Below are positions 1 through 12,279 of a stretch of DNA of 64,000 bases, in pieces. A model generated the notes under the pieces. That model was not told where the DNA came from. It worked only from the letters and a program-made list of their open reading frames with translations, and did not search any database. The DNA is from Adineta vaga. Its lineage: Eukaryota > Animalia > Rotifera. Both the position numbers and the translations under genes were made by a program. Location of the stretch: assembly GCA_021613535.1 (NCBI GenBank), contig CP075494.1:13020001-13084000 (forward strand). Reading direction: 5' to 3'. How positions within the stretch are numbered: the first letter of the stretch is position 1; each line of letters begins with the position of its first letter.

Positions 1-2341
1 AAGGATGTCCTGAAGACAATGATTGTTGTGCAATTTGTACAGCACGCTCATAAAATGAACAGGCTTTTGAATAGTTCTTCATGTCTTCATACACTGCGCC
101 GATGTTGTTGTAAGATGAAGCCAAATCAGAATGATTTGGAGGAAGTGATTGTTGCCAAATTGCAAGGGCTTTTTCATGAGATGAAAGTGCTTTTGGATAG
201 TCACCCATGTTGTAATACACCGAACCGATGTTGTTGTAAGACATCGCCAGATCAGGATGATTTGGAGGAAGTGATTGTTGCCAAATTGCAAGGGCTTTTT
301 CATGAGATGAAAGTACTTTTGGATAGTCACCCCTGTTGTAATACACCGAACCGATGTTGTTGTAAGACATCGCCAGATCAGGATGATTTGGAGGAAGTGA
401 TTGTTGTCGAATTGCAAGGGCTTTTTCATGAGATGAAAGTGCTTTTGGATAGTCACCCATGTTGTAATACACCAAACCGATGTTGTTGTAAGATGAAGCC
501 AAATCAGGATGATTTGGAGGAAGTGATTGTTGCCAAATTGCAAGGGCTTTTTCATGAGATGAAAGTACTTTTGGATAGTCACCCCTGTTGTAATACACCG
601 AACCGATGTTGTTGTAAGACATCGCCAGATCAGGATGATTTGGAGGAAGTGATTGTTGTCGAATTGCAAGGGCTTTTTCATGAGATGAAAGTGCTTTTGG
701 ATAGTCACCCATGTTGTAATACACCAAACCGATGTTGTTGTAAGATGAAGCCAAATCAGGATGATTTGGAGGAAGTGATTGTTGCCAAATTGCAAGGGCT
801 TTTTCATGAGATGAAAGTGCTTTTGGATAGTCACCCATATTTTGATATATCATACCGATGTTGTTGTAAGATTCAGCCAACTCAGGATCTTGAGGAGAAA
901 GAGTTTTTTCCTTGATGGCAAGTGATTTCTGATAGAATTTGATTGCCTCTTCATATTCTCCTTGATTGTCTTTGATCGAACCAAGTCTATGATAAATTCG
1001 TTCTTTTTCATTCTCCTTGGTTGCTTGATCAAGCAGCATTTCATAAATTTCTTCAGCCTTCTCGTTTTGACCCAATTTACTTAGTACTAAACCCAATCTG
1101 TACCACCCCTCGCTGTTTGGAAAACTCTCTTCTCGTATGCGCTCAGTCAGTGCATGTAATTCCTTGTCACTATCACTGGTCAGTGTCAAACTCACTTCGA
1201 AGAGTTTGTTATTTCCACCCATTTGTTTGATATCCTGAATACGAAACACGCTGTGCATTGAAAAAAGCACTTCATCCTCATCCTCAATGGCACTAAGATC
1301 ACGAATTGATGCAAATGCTGTTGTCGATTGTTTTGGATCAATGGTCATCACAAACAAAACTGCCACCAAATCTGTATTACTTAGATTTTTTTTTGCAAAC
1401 GAAAGTGAAACATTTTTATCCTTGCTGGTGGATAAGAAGTTGTTAAACGATATTAGTCCACCTTTTGTTTGCTTTAGTTGTTCGAAATCGGCGATGGATA
1501 ATCCTTGTCCACGATAAACTGTGAAAATTTTATCAATGTGTTGTTCTTGATGCACGGATTCGATATGTCGATGTAGATCATTAATAAAGAATCCCATCCG
1601 TGTGATGATGTCACCATCCATCATTCGGATTCCACGATTGAGCATGCGATAAAAGAAACATTCATAAGTATACCACCAGATAGGTTTTTTCTGATGATAT
1701 TCGCGTTCCAATCGTTCCACATTCTCTAATTCTCGATCGTTATCGATGAAAAGTTCACGACAGTAGTTGACATAATCTTGAATATGTGTGTCGTCGAATT
1801 TGATGGTCACTAAGATCTCCTTGAGTATCTGAGTGTACATGAAAGAAGGATCTAGTTGATCCAACTTTTTGCCAGATGTCACGAAACTCATTGATACTGC
1901 ATTTTGTTCACATCGTGCTGCTGCTTGTTTGAGAGCTTCACAGATGGGTTCGATTTCTGTAAAGACTCCCATGATTTTTGGCCAATCTTTTGCCCATCCT
2001 TCATGTCGTTGTTTGTTGCCACAAAAGATGAAAATGGAATCCACTTGAGACAGTTTATGTACCTGAGGCACAATAAGCTGCCCAAGTGAACCAGAAATAA
2101 TCATACATACCTTACGATCTTTGATTGTTTCAATGAATTGGATGCACTGATCGCTATCAGTGTAAGTGTTTAAATCATAGACAACACGTCGGAGATGTGT
2201 CTTGGTATTTTGGCAATCTTCGTTATTGTTGTCGATATTGCTATCCAACCATATAAGCAGCACATTTTGGATCTTCTGAATATCAAGACGACGACGTACA
2301 CGTGTTTCTTCTGAAACCGGGCTTGATTCGCTACTTCCCAT
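1..2341 (-). CDS. ART-TPR protein: N-terminal alpha/beta domain + R-S-E mono-ADP-ribosyltransferase + 42-aa TPR array; 3'-truncated by window edge
   Basis: Minus-strand frame read from ATG at 2341 (MGSSESSPVSEETRVRRRLDIQKIQNVLLIWLDSN...) stays open to the window edge, so the ORF track omits it. ART motifs FTVYRGQG, FNNFLSTS, EDEDEVLF; then repeats HPDLASSYNNIGLVYYNMGDYPKALSSHEKALAIWQQSLPPN (kinesin light chain/NPHP3-type TPR). No introns needed. Confidence 0.9.
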   Translation of the reverse strand, partial: MGSSESSPVSEETRVRRRLDIQKIQNVLLIWLDSNIDNNNEDCQNTKTHLRRVVYDLNTYTDSDQCIQFIETIKDRKVCMIISGSLGQLIVPQVHKLSQVDSIFIFCGNKQRHEGWAKDWPKIMGVFTEIEPICEALKQAAARCEQNAVSMSFVTSGKKLDQLDPSFMYTQILKEILVTIKFDDTHIQDYVNYCRELFIDNDRELENVERLEREYHQKKPIWWYTYECFFYRMLNRGIRMMDGDIITRMGFFINDLHRHIESVHQEQHIDKIFTVYRGQGLSIADFEQLKQTKGGLISFNNFLSTSKDKNVSLSFAKKNLSNTDLVAVLFVMTIDPKQSTTAFASIRDLSAIEDEDEVLFSMHSVFRIQDIKQMGGNNKLFEVSLTLTSDSDKELHALTERIREESFPNSEGWYRLGLVLSKLGQNEKAEEIYEMLLDQATKENEKERIYHRLGSIKDNQGEYEEAIKFYQKSLAIKEKTLSPQDPELAESYNNIGMIYQNMGDYPKALSSHEKALAIWQQSLPPNHPDLASSYNNIGLVYYNMGDYPKALSSHEKALAIRQQSLPPNHPDLAMSYNNIGSVYYNRGDYPKVLSSHEKALAIWQQSLPPNHPDLASSYNNIGLVYYNMGDYPKALSSHEKALAIRQQSLPPNHPDLAMSYNNIGSVYYNRGDYPKVLSSHEKALAIWQQSLPPNHPDLAMSYNNIGSVYYNMGDYPKALSSHEKALAIWQQSLPPNHSDLASSYNNIGAVYEDMKNYSKACSFYERAVQIAQQSLSSGHP
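97..870. repeat. 126-bp tandem repeat (about 6 near-identical units) encoding TPRs
   Basis: gatgttgttgtaag...atgatttggaggaagtgattgttg...ttttggatagtcaccc recurs every 126 bp; unit variants aagatgaagccaaat vs aagacatcgccagat. Confidence 0.95.
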
Positions 2342-3437
2342 TGACTTTGTTTTCAATGGGAAAATTGTAGATTAAAATTTCTGAAGAAGTTAAAAATGAT
2401 AAAATAGTGGAAGAAAACGACTTTTATAAATCTCTTCTGTCGTCATGATACTATATCTTTTTATGATTATATCACTTGTTGTTATCGAAAATCAACAAAA
2501 CTCAACATATAAATCGTTATCAATGCAATAAATGTAAAAATAAAAGGCACAAATGGAATGTTTTTTTATGATTCTAACAGTACTTGAATAAATCGGGCGA
2601 AAAACAGATGATTAGGGTATTTAAGGAGAATGTTGCCCCACGGAAAAATTTTTCAAGAAATACCATGATAATTAACGGTTTTTGAAAAAAACAAAAATCA
2701 TTATATTGATGGTATATTATTTCTGACATCTATCTGGTAATCTTTAACTTCTCTATGTCTGTAACCGATCCATTATCTTAAGATGATATTTTAACACCTC
2801 GGTCAATTCATTAAATACCACTATCTATTTTATATTTATTTTCTTCTGATTAGATTCGAACTTCTTACCGAGTGATTGCAGTCCACTAATTCTGTTGTAC
2901 TGTCCGATGATGTTCATACTAGTATCAGATGTGATAGTCTATCTAATCAGTGATAAAGAAGGTTCTCATTTAGACTGATATGTTTCATCTATTAGTAGAT
3001 TTATAAGAATCTTATAATTCCTAATAACTTTTATCTCATTTATAAGTTTATTAAATTTTCTGAAATATCAATGTTGATGATGTCCTATATTGTATATATA
3101 AAATCTTATTTATCGCTCATAGTCATGATAATTAAACTATAAACACAATCTATTCGAATAAAATCATTTCTGGGGAAAAATATACATTTATTAGGATCTT
3201 TAGTTGATGAACCATGGTATCATGTGTTCTGACAAAGTCTAACTATTTGAAATATTATCACAGTTCTGTCTATATGTAGATCTGTACGTCAAAACACATG
3301 AGAATACTACTCAATACACTTATGTTCATTTCATCAGTCAAAAAAACAGTCTTATGTCTATTTCTATCTCTGAACTTTTACTATCTCATGAACATATTAT
3401 TAACTTACAAGTGATCATCGCAGTGAAATCTGAATAA

Positions 3438-3713
3438 TACCCAAACAGATAAAATCGATAACAAAACGACGTTCTTATGTTGTTTTTTCCAACAAAACGT
3501 ATATTTGCTACGTAAAAAATATACTTTTGTACGCGTAAAAATGATTTTTTTTCTTCTCGACAGAAAATAGCCAATAACGGCGTTTTTACGCGCACAAAAG
3601 TGTATTTTTTCACGTGTTAAATATATGTTTTGTTGAAAAATACCAATATAAGAACGTTGTTTTTTTTCTCGCCAATCGCGTTTTTTTATCGATTCTGTCT
3701 GCCTGTATGAGTA
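3438..3713. mobile_element. MITE/foldback-like element with ~100-bp imperfect inverted arms
   Basis: Left arm tacccaaacagataaaatcgataacaaaacgacgttcttatgttg...tacttttgtacgcgtaaaaa matches the reverse complement of the right arm tttttacgcgcacaaaagtgta...aagaacgttg...ttatcgattctgtctgcctgtatgagta; TA at both ends. Confidence 0.7.
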
Positions 3714-4529
3714 TCTTTAAAATGTATTCATGTCTATTTTAGGTCAATATAATATTAGATTAATCGATAACGTCTATTTGAATTTAGTTGAATAATTTCT
3801 CCGCAATTTGACTTTCAGAACAAGTCTTTTTATCTCAACTCATTTCATTTGTCAAAAGAAAAAAAAACTGAATCTAACTTCAATCAGAAATATCTTTTTT
3901 TAAATTTAACTGTGATTATATGGATCAAAATTATTGTGATATACTATTATGACGAAAATCACATGAAATCATTTAGAACAATGATATATTCTTATATAAT
4001 AGAAAGTTTACAAAATATAATACCGTAATGAATGGTGGCTCTCGAATACCACAACTAATCTATGACTTATCAAGCTTTTTAAAATCGCGTCCTTCAGCGG
4101 TATCGTCTAAATTATTTTTCCGTGGTCGTTAAAAGTAAAAACAATTTTCTTATTCTTTTGTTTGAAGTCGTATTTTTGTATGAAGAACGAAAAGTTGGAA
4201 GAAAACATGTGTTTTTAATATCAGTATATACATTATACGCCATGTAAATCGCTGATAACATAGGATTCCAAGAATATTTTCTCATCTTCACTTATAGTAC
4301 ATATCAATGCGAGAACAAAAAGTAAAATAATTGACAGTACTATTTCATAAAATATTTCATATAAATTGTTTTCCATTTTATTCTAATATAATATTCAAAC
4401 AAAGAGTGAAAGATATCTTCTCAACGATAACACCCACCCACATCCTCAAGATATATCAATATTAAATTATAATTAAGTTTAAAAGACTTTTTAATAAAAA
4501 TGATAAATTATTTTTCATTCATATTGATA

Positions 4530-5534
4530 CAGGGGCGGTGGAACCTTTTCAAATCAGACAAGGCTCAGTATAAGATTATTGTTTACCCTTCAAAACTTTT
4601 ACATATCCCTCTGATATAGACTAAAATAAGTTCAATTAATATGTCGCTTTACATTATTGATTTGTTTATCTTTACTAAGGATAAAAGTTTTATAGCACAA
4701 AAATTATTTATTTTAATATAAATTATTTATCTAGAAAAAGCTTGTCTTTTGTCATTTGACGCGATAAATGTTGGCATTATTTGATATAAATCAGTTTCAA
4801 CGAGCTTTTATTTGTAAATATATGGTATCAAACAATAATTAAGTGGTGACTATGTGTTATAGAACTTCAAAGCGTAGTTTTCAATCGATTCAATGCGCTA
4901 AACTCAAGTTCAGCGGTTGCTGTAGTAACGGGAACAGTTGAATAAAGTTTAATCAATTTATCAAATTCTCTAAACATTTGTTTTCCAACAGCACTCAAAT
5001 TTAAGATTTCACAGATAGTCGAAATCTTTGTAATTTGTTTTATTTTCATCTTGTGAACTTGTTGGAGCATTACTTAAATTTACCAATGGAATTTCTCCTG
5101 TTGAAAGACATAATGCTGCAACTTTTGATTTTTTCGAAAACAATCTAGAATTGATCCACTGGATCGTTTCGATGTCATAGACTGATTATTATCTGAAATA
5201 TTGATATTATAAAGTAGGAGTGCACCTTTGTAGCTGGTTTTATTGTTTCTTGAGCGCATGACTCTATGATTGATCCAGTTTACATACCAACAAATGTAAT
5301 CAATATAAAATATGCCACTAGAGGCTGTGATGATACAATAAATGACTTTCATTTCAAGTCGCATTTCTAGTATTTTTATCGTAGTGTAGAGGTAATGACA
5401 CAAAAATACCTCCTATTGATACCAAAATAACGTTCGTTTGATCTGACAAAGTCAAATTTGATAGCGAAGAGATTTCAAAGGTTGAATTCGGGTAAGGCTC
5501 AAGCCTAACGAGCTTATAGGCTCCGCCGCCTATG
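4530..5534 (-). mobile_element. Non-autonomous, internally deleted hAT DNA transposon
   Basis: 8-bp direct repeat TATTGATA at 4522-4529 and 5535-5542; imperfect TIRs CAGGGGCGGTGGAACC / CATAGGCGGCGGAGCC (12 of 16 match); internal hAT C-terminal dimerisation remnant. Confidence 0.88.
4867..5070 (-). pseudogene. hAT transposase C-terminal dimerisation-domain fragment (ZMYM1-like)
   Basis: KLIKLYSTVPVTTATAELEFSALNRLKTTL resembles the hAT consensus LTxPVTTAxxERSFSxLxRLKTxLR; surrounded by stops. Confidence 0.8.
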
Positions 5535-6389
5535 TATTGATACACAGATCAATTCATAGAATAAGATTTCTTTTATATTACTTTTGCCGCGGCAGAGCGG
5601 CCGACCGGACGGCAAAAATTTTGAAATGCTCCCTAAAGCGTACATTGTAATATCCATAGCATTTGTTTTCAAAACAACTTTGATTATGAATGATGCAATT
5701 GAATTCAATGTTAGTATAAAGAACTATGTGAATAATAAAAGTTAGAGAAAGAGAAAGACAAAATATAATCAAAAAAGCAAATGTGTAAAGTATTTTGTTC
5801 ACTTCTAAATGTAATAAAATAATTGATACTATGTACTCTATATATCCAGAAAGAAATCGCGTTTGTTAGACTTCATTAATATTAATATAAAATTCGTGAA
5901 AATGCGCTAATAGCATCATCGACAACGCGTAGTAGATCATGAATTTGTATAAAACAAGAAAAATAGTACTGAGTGAAACATTGCGGCCTTATTCGAGTCT
6001 CAAAATGTCTAATAACGTTTCCATGAGCTTCGTACGATCTACCGTTCTTGAGATCATCGGAACACAATATATGGACGTTAAATGCGTACAAAACGAACCA
6101 ATAAAGATGATGAAGGTGACAGATTTGACGCTAGGTTGTAAAAAAGAGAATATATATAAGACAAAACAATTTTTATTCTGATTATTAAAAAACAAACATT
6201 GAGTACAATTCTAACATAAATAAAAAAAGTCAATATATGATATTTCTTTGTTTTTTTTATATCGTATATAAGGTAAACGTTCACAAAATGCATAATATTC
6301 AAGGACAGACTACATTAGAGGTTTATTGAGCTGAAAGCATACACGCACACAAAGAATAATGGCGATAAAAAAATTGTTTTGTATAAGAA

Positions 6390-9300
6390 CTATTCTAATT
6401 CCACTACTAAATCATCACCCTGAACTTGTTGTCCGATTTGTACATGAATTTTTTTGACTTTACCGTCGACGGCACTCTTAACAACTGTTTCCATCTAAAT
6501 GAGGAGATTGATATGAAGAAAAGCGATTAATAATTAAGAATTCTTAATACATACTTTCATCGCACTTAATACAATGATTGTATCACCTTTTTTAATTGTA
6601 TCACCTTCTTTTGTTTTAATATCAAGTACTTGACCGGGCATGGGCGCACCTAGATGACATAAACAAAGCAGTTACTACTTCGCATACGTTAGATCTTATA
6701 TCTAACTTACCTATTTGATTCTTTTGATTTTTATCAGCTTTTGGGTGAACTTTATGATCTTTAATAGCAGCTTTATCCTTTACTTTCATTGATCGTAATT
6801 GTCCATTGACTTGAAAGAATACTTCACGTTCACCAGTAGCTGTCATTAACTCACTGATTGCTAAGACAACAATATGAAGAACTTTGCCATGTTCAATTTC
6901 AATACTATACACAAAACAATAAATTATTGTTATTCGAATAGATGAACTTACTCCATCATTTCATTCAGTCGTGGACCAACAAAGAAAACTCGTGTTGGAT
7001 AGAGTTCAACAGGACCATATTGTTTTTTAAAATCAATATATTCTTCAAGAACTTTCGGAAACATAACATATGACATAACATCACATTTACGAATAATATC
7101 TTCACCGAATTTCTTTTGTAATTCTTTTTCAATTTTATCAAAATCTAACGGTTTCACGTCTGCACCTGGACGACCATCGATTTTCTTCTTTCCTTTTAAC
7201 ATTTGAGTACGAAGTGGTTCTGGTAATCCTCCATGAGGCTAAAAATCATCCAACTCTTCGTATTCAAAAACAAAAACATAAGAAATAATGCTTACTTGAC
7301 CAAGTTGACCTTGCATGAATTCTACCACACTTGATGGAAATGAAAGTTCGTCAGCACGTTTACGTACATCATCTGGAGTTAGATTATTTTGAACCATAAA
7401 CTGTGCAAGATCACCTACAACTTTGGATGATGGTGTTACTTTAATAATATCACCTAAAAGTTGATTTGCGTCAATGTAGGATTTTTTAACATTTTCAAAT
7501 TGTGAACCAAGACCAAGACTAAATGCTTGAAACTAAATATAAAATTTAATCGATTAATTTTTCTTTTCATTAATAAAAAATTATTTTTCTCTTTTACTTG
7601 AAGATTCGTGTATTGACCACCAGGTATTTCATTTTTATAAACATCAGCATTACCACTTTTCATTGTTGTTGTACATTCAAATGGAGCATAGAGTAAACGT
7701 GTTTGTTCCCAAAATGCTGAATATTCATTCACTTTATCCATGTTAATTTTTGTATCATGTTTCGTATTCTGTAATGCAGCAACCACACCACCCATCGTCG
7801 GTTGAGATGTCATTCCACTCATTGAATCAACAGCAACGTCGACAATATCAGCACCGGCTTCAAATGCTGCAAGATAATTTGCAACACCAGTACCTGCTGT
7901 ATCACTAAACAAAGAGACAGAGAGAAACGATGTCATGTCCTATGAAGAGTATTGAGAGTTTCTTTTACTGTGTATGTAAATGAATTGGTAGATCAGGATG
8001 TTTTTGTCGAATAGCATCGATTAACATTTTTGTAGCACGTGGTTTTAAAAGACCAGCCATATCTAAATGAAAACATAGATTATCTTTCATATTCTCATAC
8101 GTGTAATCATTCCTAACCTTTGATGGATAGTATATGTATACCCATTTTAACCAATTCATCAACAAATTTAGTATAATATTCTAAATTATATTTTGTACGT
8201 GATTTATCTGCAACATCACCTGTATAACAGACAGCAGCTGAAATCACTCCATTTGCTTTTCCCACAGCATCAATTCCAATTTTCATATTTGGTAAATAAT
8301 TCAATGAATCAAATACACGAAATATATCCATACCATGATCAACAGCCATTTGACAAAAACCATCAATAACATTATCAGGATAATTTGAATAACCAACAGC
8401 ATTTGCACCACGTAATAACATTTGAAATGGAATATTCGGAATAAGTTCACGCAATTCACTTAAACGATCCCATGGACATTCATGAAGAAAACGAAGAGCA
8501 ACATCAAATGTTGCACCTACATATTTTCCAATAGAATAAAAATTTCATCGAGCAAAAAAAACAACAATGAATTTTACCTCCCCAATTTTCTAAACTAAAA
8601 AATTGAGAGAAATTTTTTGCGACAAATGGAGCACATTTCTTTAAATCACGTGTTCGAACACGAGTGGCTAATAAACTTTGATGTGCATCACGCATAGTTG
8701 TATCCATTAATAGTGCTCTAACATGAAAACATAGTCATAACTTGAAAATAGACAGATATTTTTTTCGATTTTCTTACTGTGGATGTTTACGAACAGCTTT
8801 GGCAAAACCTTGTGGACCTTCTTGTTTTAGAACTTGACGCCAACCATTTGGAATCTCTTTCTTTTTTACATGTGGAAGTTCAGGTTTGATATCCATTGGT
8901 TTAACAGTTGTACCTAATGGTGTCAATGGACCATTGACTAAGACTTCTGAGAGATAGGAGAGTAACTTTTGTGCACGATTTTGTGCGGGTATAAATTTAA
9001 ATAAGAGTGGGTTTTCATCGAGAAAACTTGTGGTAATTGAACCTTCGAGAAATTGTTTATGTTGAAGAACATTTAATAAGAATGGAATGTTCGTTTTAAC
9101 ACCTATTTAGAAGAATTCATAAAACGTAATAATAATTATTGAGAATAATTACCTCGAATACGAAATTCTTGAAGTGCACGAACCATTTTTGCACATGCTT
9201 CTTGATGATTACGTGCATGAGCAATAACTTTAACTAATAATGAATCATAAAATGGACTAATAACAGCATCAGTATAAGCAGAAGCACTATCAATACGAAT

Positions 9301-10644
9301 ACCTAAGAAAAAATAGAGAGATCTAAGAACGTCATGAATCTTTATTCTGTTTTGAACTTACCAAATCCTTCTGCTGATCGAAATACATCAATACGTCCAA
9401 CATCAGGTGTAAAATTATTTCCAGGATCCTCTGTTGTCATACGACATTGTACAGCAGCACCCATAATTTTAATCTTATCTTGTTCGAGACCTAAATCAGA
9501 TAATCGTGCACCTTCAGCAATTTTAATTTGTGATTGAACAATATCAATGCCCGTTATTTCTTCTGAACATGTATGTTCAACTTGTAAACGACAATTAACT
9601 TCAATAAAATAATGTCGGCCTTGATTATCCAAAAGAAATTCAACTGTGCCAGCATTTTGATAACCAACATATTTAGCTAGACGAACAGCATCAGCTGTCA
9701 TACGTTCACGAATTTCAGGATCTAGATTCGTTGCTGGAGCAACTTCAATTACTTTTTGATGACGTCGTTGAACAGAACAATCTCTTTCATATAAATGTGT
9801 AACACTACCATGATGATCACCAATAACTTGAACTTCAATATGACGTGCTTGTGAAACAAGACGTTCAACAAATAATCGACCATCACCGACAGCAGCTTTC
9901 GCTTCTGATGAAGCGCGTTGAAAAGCTTCTTCTAATTCATTTTCTTTTGTTGCTACACGCATTCCACGACCACCACCACCGCGTGCTGCTTTAAGCATTA
10001 TTGGATAGCCATGTTCTTTAACAAACTCACGTACTGCATCGAGATCTTCAACAGCTTCAGTTGTACCGGGAATAATCGGTACATTTGCATCCAAAGCTAA
10101 AGAATAAGAAATACTATCAATATGTATATATGTAAATTTTGACTTTTGTTTTACCGGCTTGTCGTGCATTTAATTTATTTCCCATTCGATAGATTACATC
10201 AGGTGATGGGCCAACAAAAGTAATTCCAGCTTCTTGACAGGCTTTAGCAAAATCTCCATTCTCTGAAAGAAATCCATAGCCAGGATGAATAGCATCGACA
10301 TCATTCTTGACGGCGACTTTGATAATTTCTGGAATATTTAAATAAGCAGCAATCGGTGCTAAGCCTTTGCCAATTTTAAATGATTCATCGGCTTTAATAC
10401 GATGTAATTGTCCTTCATCTTCAGCCGAATAAATAGCTACTGTTCGAATATTAGTTTCTGTACATGCACGAAATACTCGAATAGCAATTTCACCACGATT
10501 AGCAACGAGAAGTTTATTAATTTTACGAAATTCCTGTTTATTCGACTGTTGTTTCGGCGTTTGAACGGATAATAATCGTTTACATGATACAAATGAAGAA
10601 CGAACACAAAAGGATGTTTGAAGAAGATTATTAACACGATACAT
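6390..10644 (-). CDS. PC: Pyruvate carboxylase, mitochondrial (multi-exon)
   Basis: Biotin carboxylase motifs [47 protein letters not shown]; carboxyltransferase [37 protein letters not shown]; split SAMK/M biotinyl motif; ends GDDLVVELE*; basic N-terminal transit peptide. Confidence 0.97.
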
Positions 10645-12279
10645 TTGTATCTGGAAGATAAAAGAAACAGATCATGAATTCTCTTTTGGATATTGACTTA
10701 CTGTATTATAAAAAAATATATCTAATCATATAAAAACTACTGATTTGCAATTATTTGTCAGAAGAGAAACATCTGGTTTCAAACGTACGTGTCGTCTAAA
10801 CAATACTTTTTTACTTTCCTTCTCGAATAAAACTTGTACTATAAATAAAAAAAAACATTATTTTTCTTCTCCTCTTATGTTTGTGGGTACATTTGCCTTC
10901 GCACGACGATCTAATATCTCGGCGTGTACTAACTAGAGCCTATATTTTTCCTTTCTATCTCAGAGTTTTGTCCTTCTCTACATCGTAATATAGAACCGCA
11001 GAGTTCGTCGAAAAAAAATCGATTCATACGAAGGTTCTCTCATCTTCAAAATTACGAATATCCTCTAAATTTTGATGATTAAATTAATCGAAAAAAGACC
11101 ACGATATGTTTCGAAAATAGTGTCATCTTAAATTACAATTTATATGTTCTTAAGATCATCATGACCTCAAGATTCCTCCTACGCTTATAGTTGTTGAAAA
11201 TACTTCGTTTCACCAATTCATCTTCTTTCGAAGATTAATAATTGAAAATATGTAAAGAGACAAAGAAACCAACGACGCACTTATTTTCTATTCATTACTA
11301 AAAAGAAAATTGTTAGTTTTTCCTTCTCTTCTTTTCTTCAAATTCTACTATGGCTTATTCTTTCAAACTTCTTTGACGTTAATAATCAACTGTAATACAT
11401 GTTACAGATAATCTTATTTCTTCACTTGCCTACTTGATTGAATTCCCTATATAATAAATGTTCTAGTTCTTAGAAAAATAAATATTAGACCAGTAAATAC
11501 TTATAGATATTGTTGCTGTTGTATATCAGGTGATGAAAATAGTTCTACAAGAGTATGTTTGTATTCTAAATGGATAGAGAGAGAGAGAGAGGGAGAGAGG
11601 GAGAACAGAAAAGGAAAAAGAAAAGAAATATGTTCGTTTCGGTCAGAACAGAAAAAAATAAGAAAGAAAAATAGAACACAAGACAGGAAACTATGGATGC
11701 CTGGAGCAATAGAGTGTTCGAAAATAGAAATTGCCTTGAGCAATTTATCATTTAATACCGCACGCCATCAAAAATAACAGCGGTTGAATACAAATTCTAG
11801 TTTTTTTTCCATGATATTATATAATGAATCTATCAATAGTAGATAAATAGCATTTGTGCTTTCTAAATAACTATCGTTTATTATCAATGTAAACAATAAT
11901 CAGTTGATACTGTTGACTGAACTAATATGTGAAGCTCTCATGCTCATTTCCTGTTATTGATAGTTAGTCAAGCAGTAAACGAATGTACATTAATCATAGA
12001 ATATAATATCGATTTTTCAATGTTCTTGATTTCTTTTTTATTATGCAAAAAACAATGTAAAACCTCTCACTCACATACAACACTCAAATATGACCTAAAA
12101 AACAACAAACAAAAGAAACCATCTCAATAAACTCGTTGTTTTTCTCTTCTTCGAATAATCACAACATAAGGGATTTTTGAACGATTTTTTTTATGTTTGT
12201 AAAATTTTTTTCAGGTTTAAAAAAGAAAAACAAAAAAAAAGTAACCTAGAAAGAAAGCACGATTGTAAACAATATATCA

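Noticed and set aside
97-870. CRISPR-like array
   Set aside because: Contiguous coding repeats with no unique spacers, eukaryotic context and no cas genes.
19-915. 298-aa Cys-rich repetitive + strand ORF (and the 79-834 alternative minus frame)
   Set aside because: Shadow frames of the TPR array: a stop-free 126-bp unit repeated in tandem keeps them open. The real frame has canonical TPR and ART motifs.
2620-4135. Large TIR element suggested by ccacggaaaaat / atttttccgtgg
   Set aside because: Only a 12-bp inverted match; it does not extend outward and I found no TSD.
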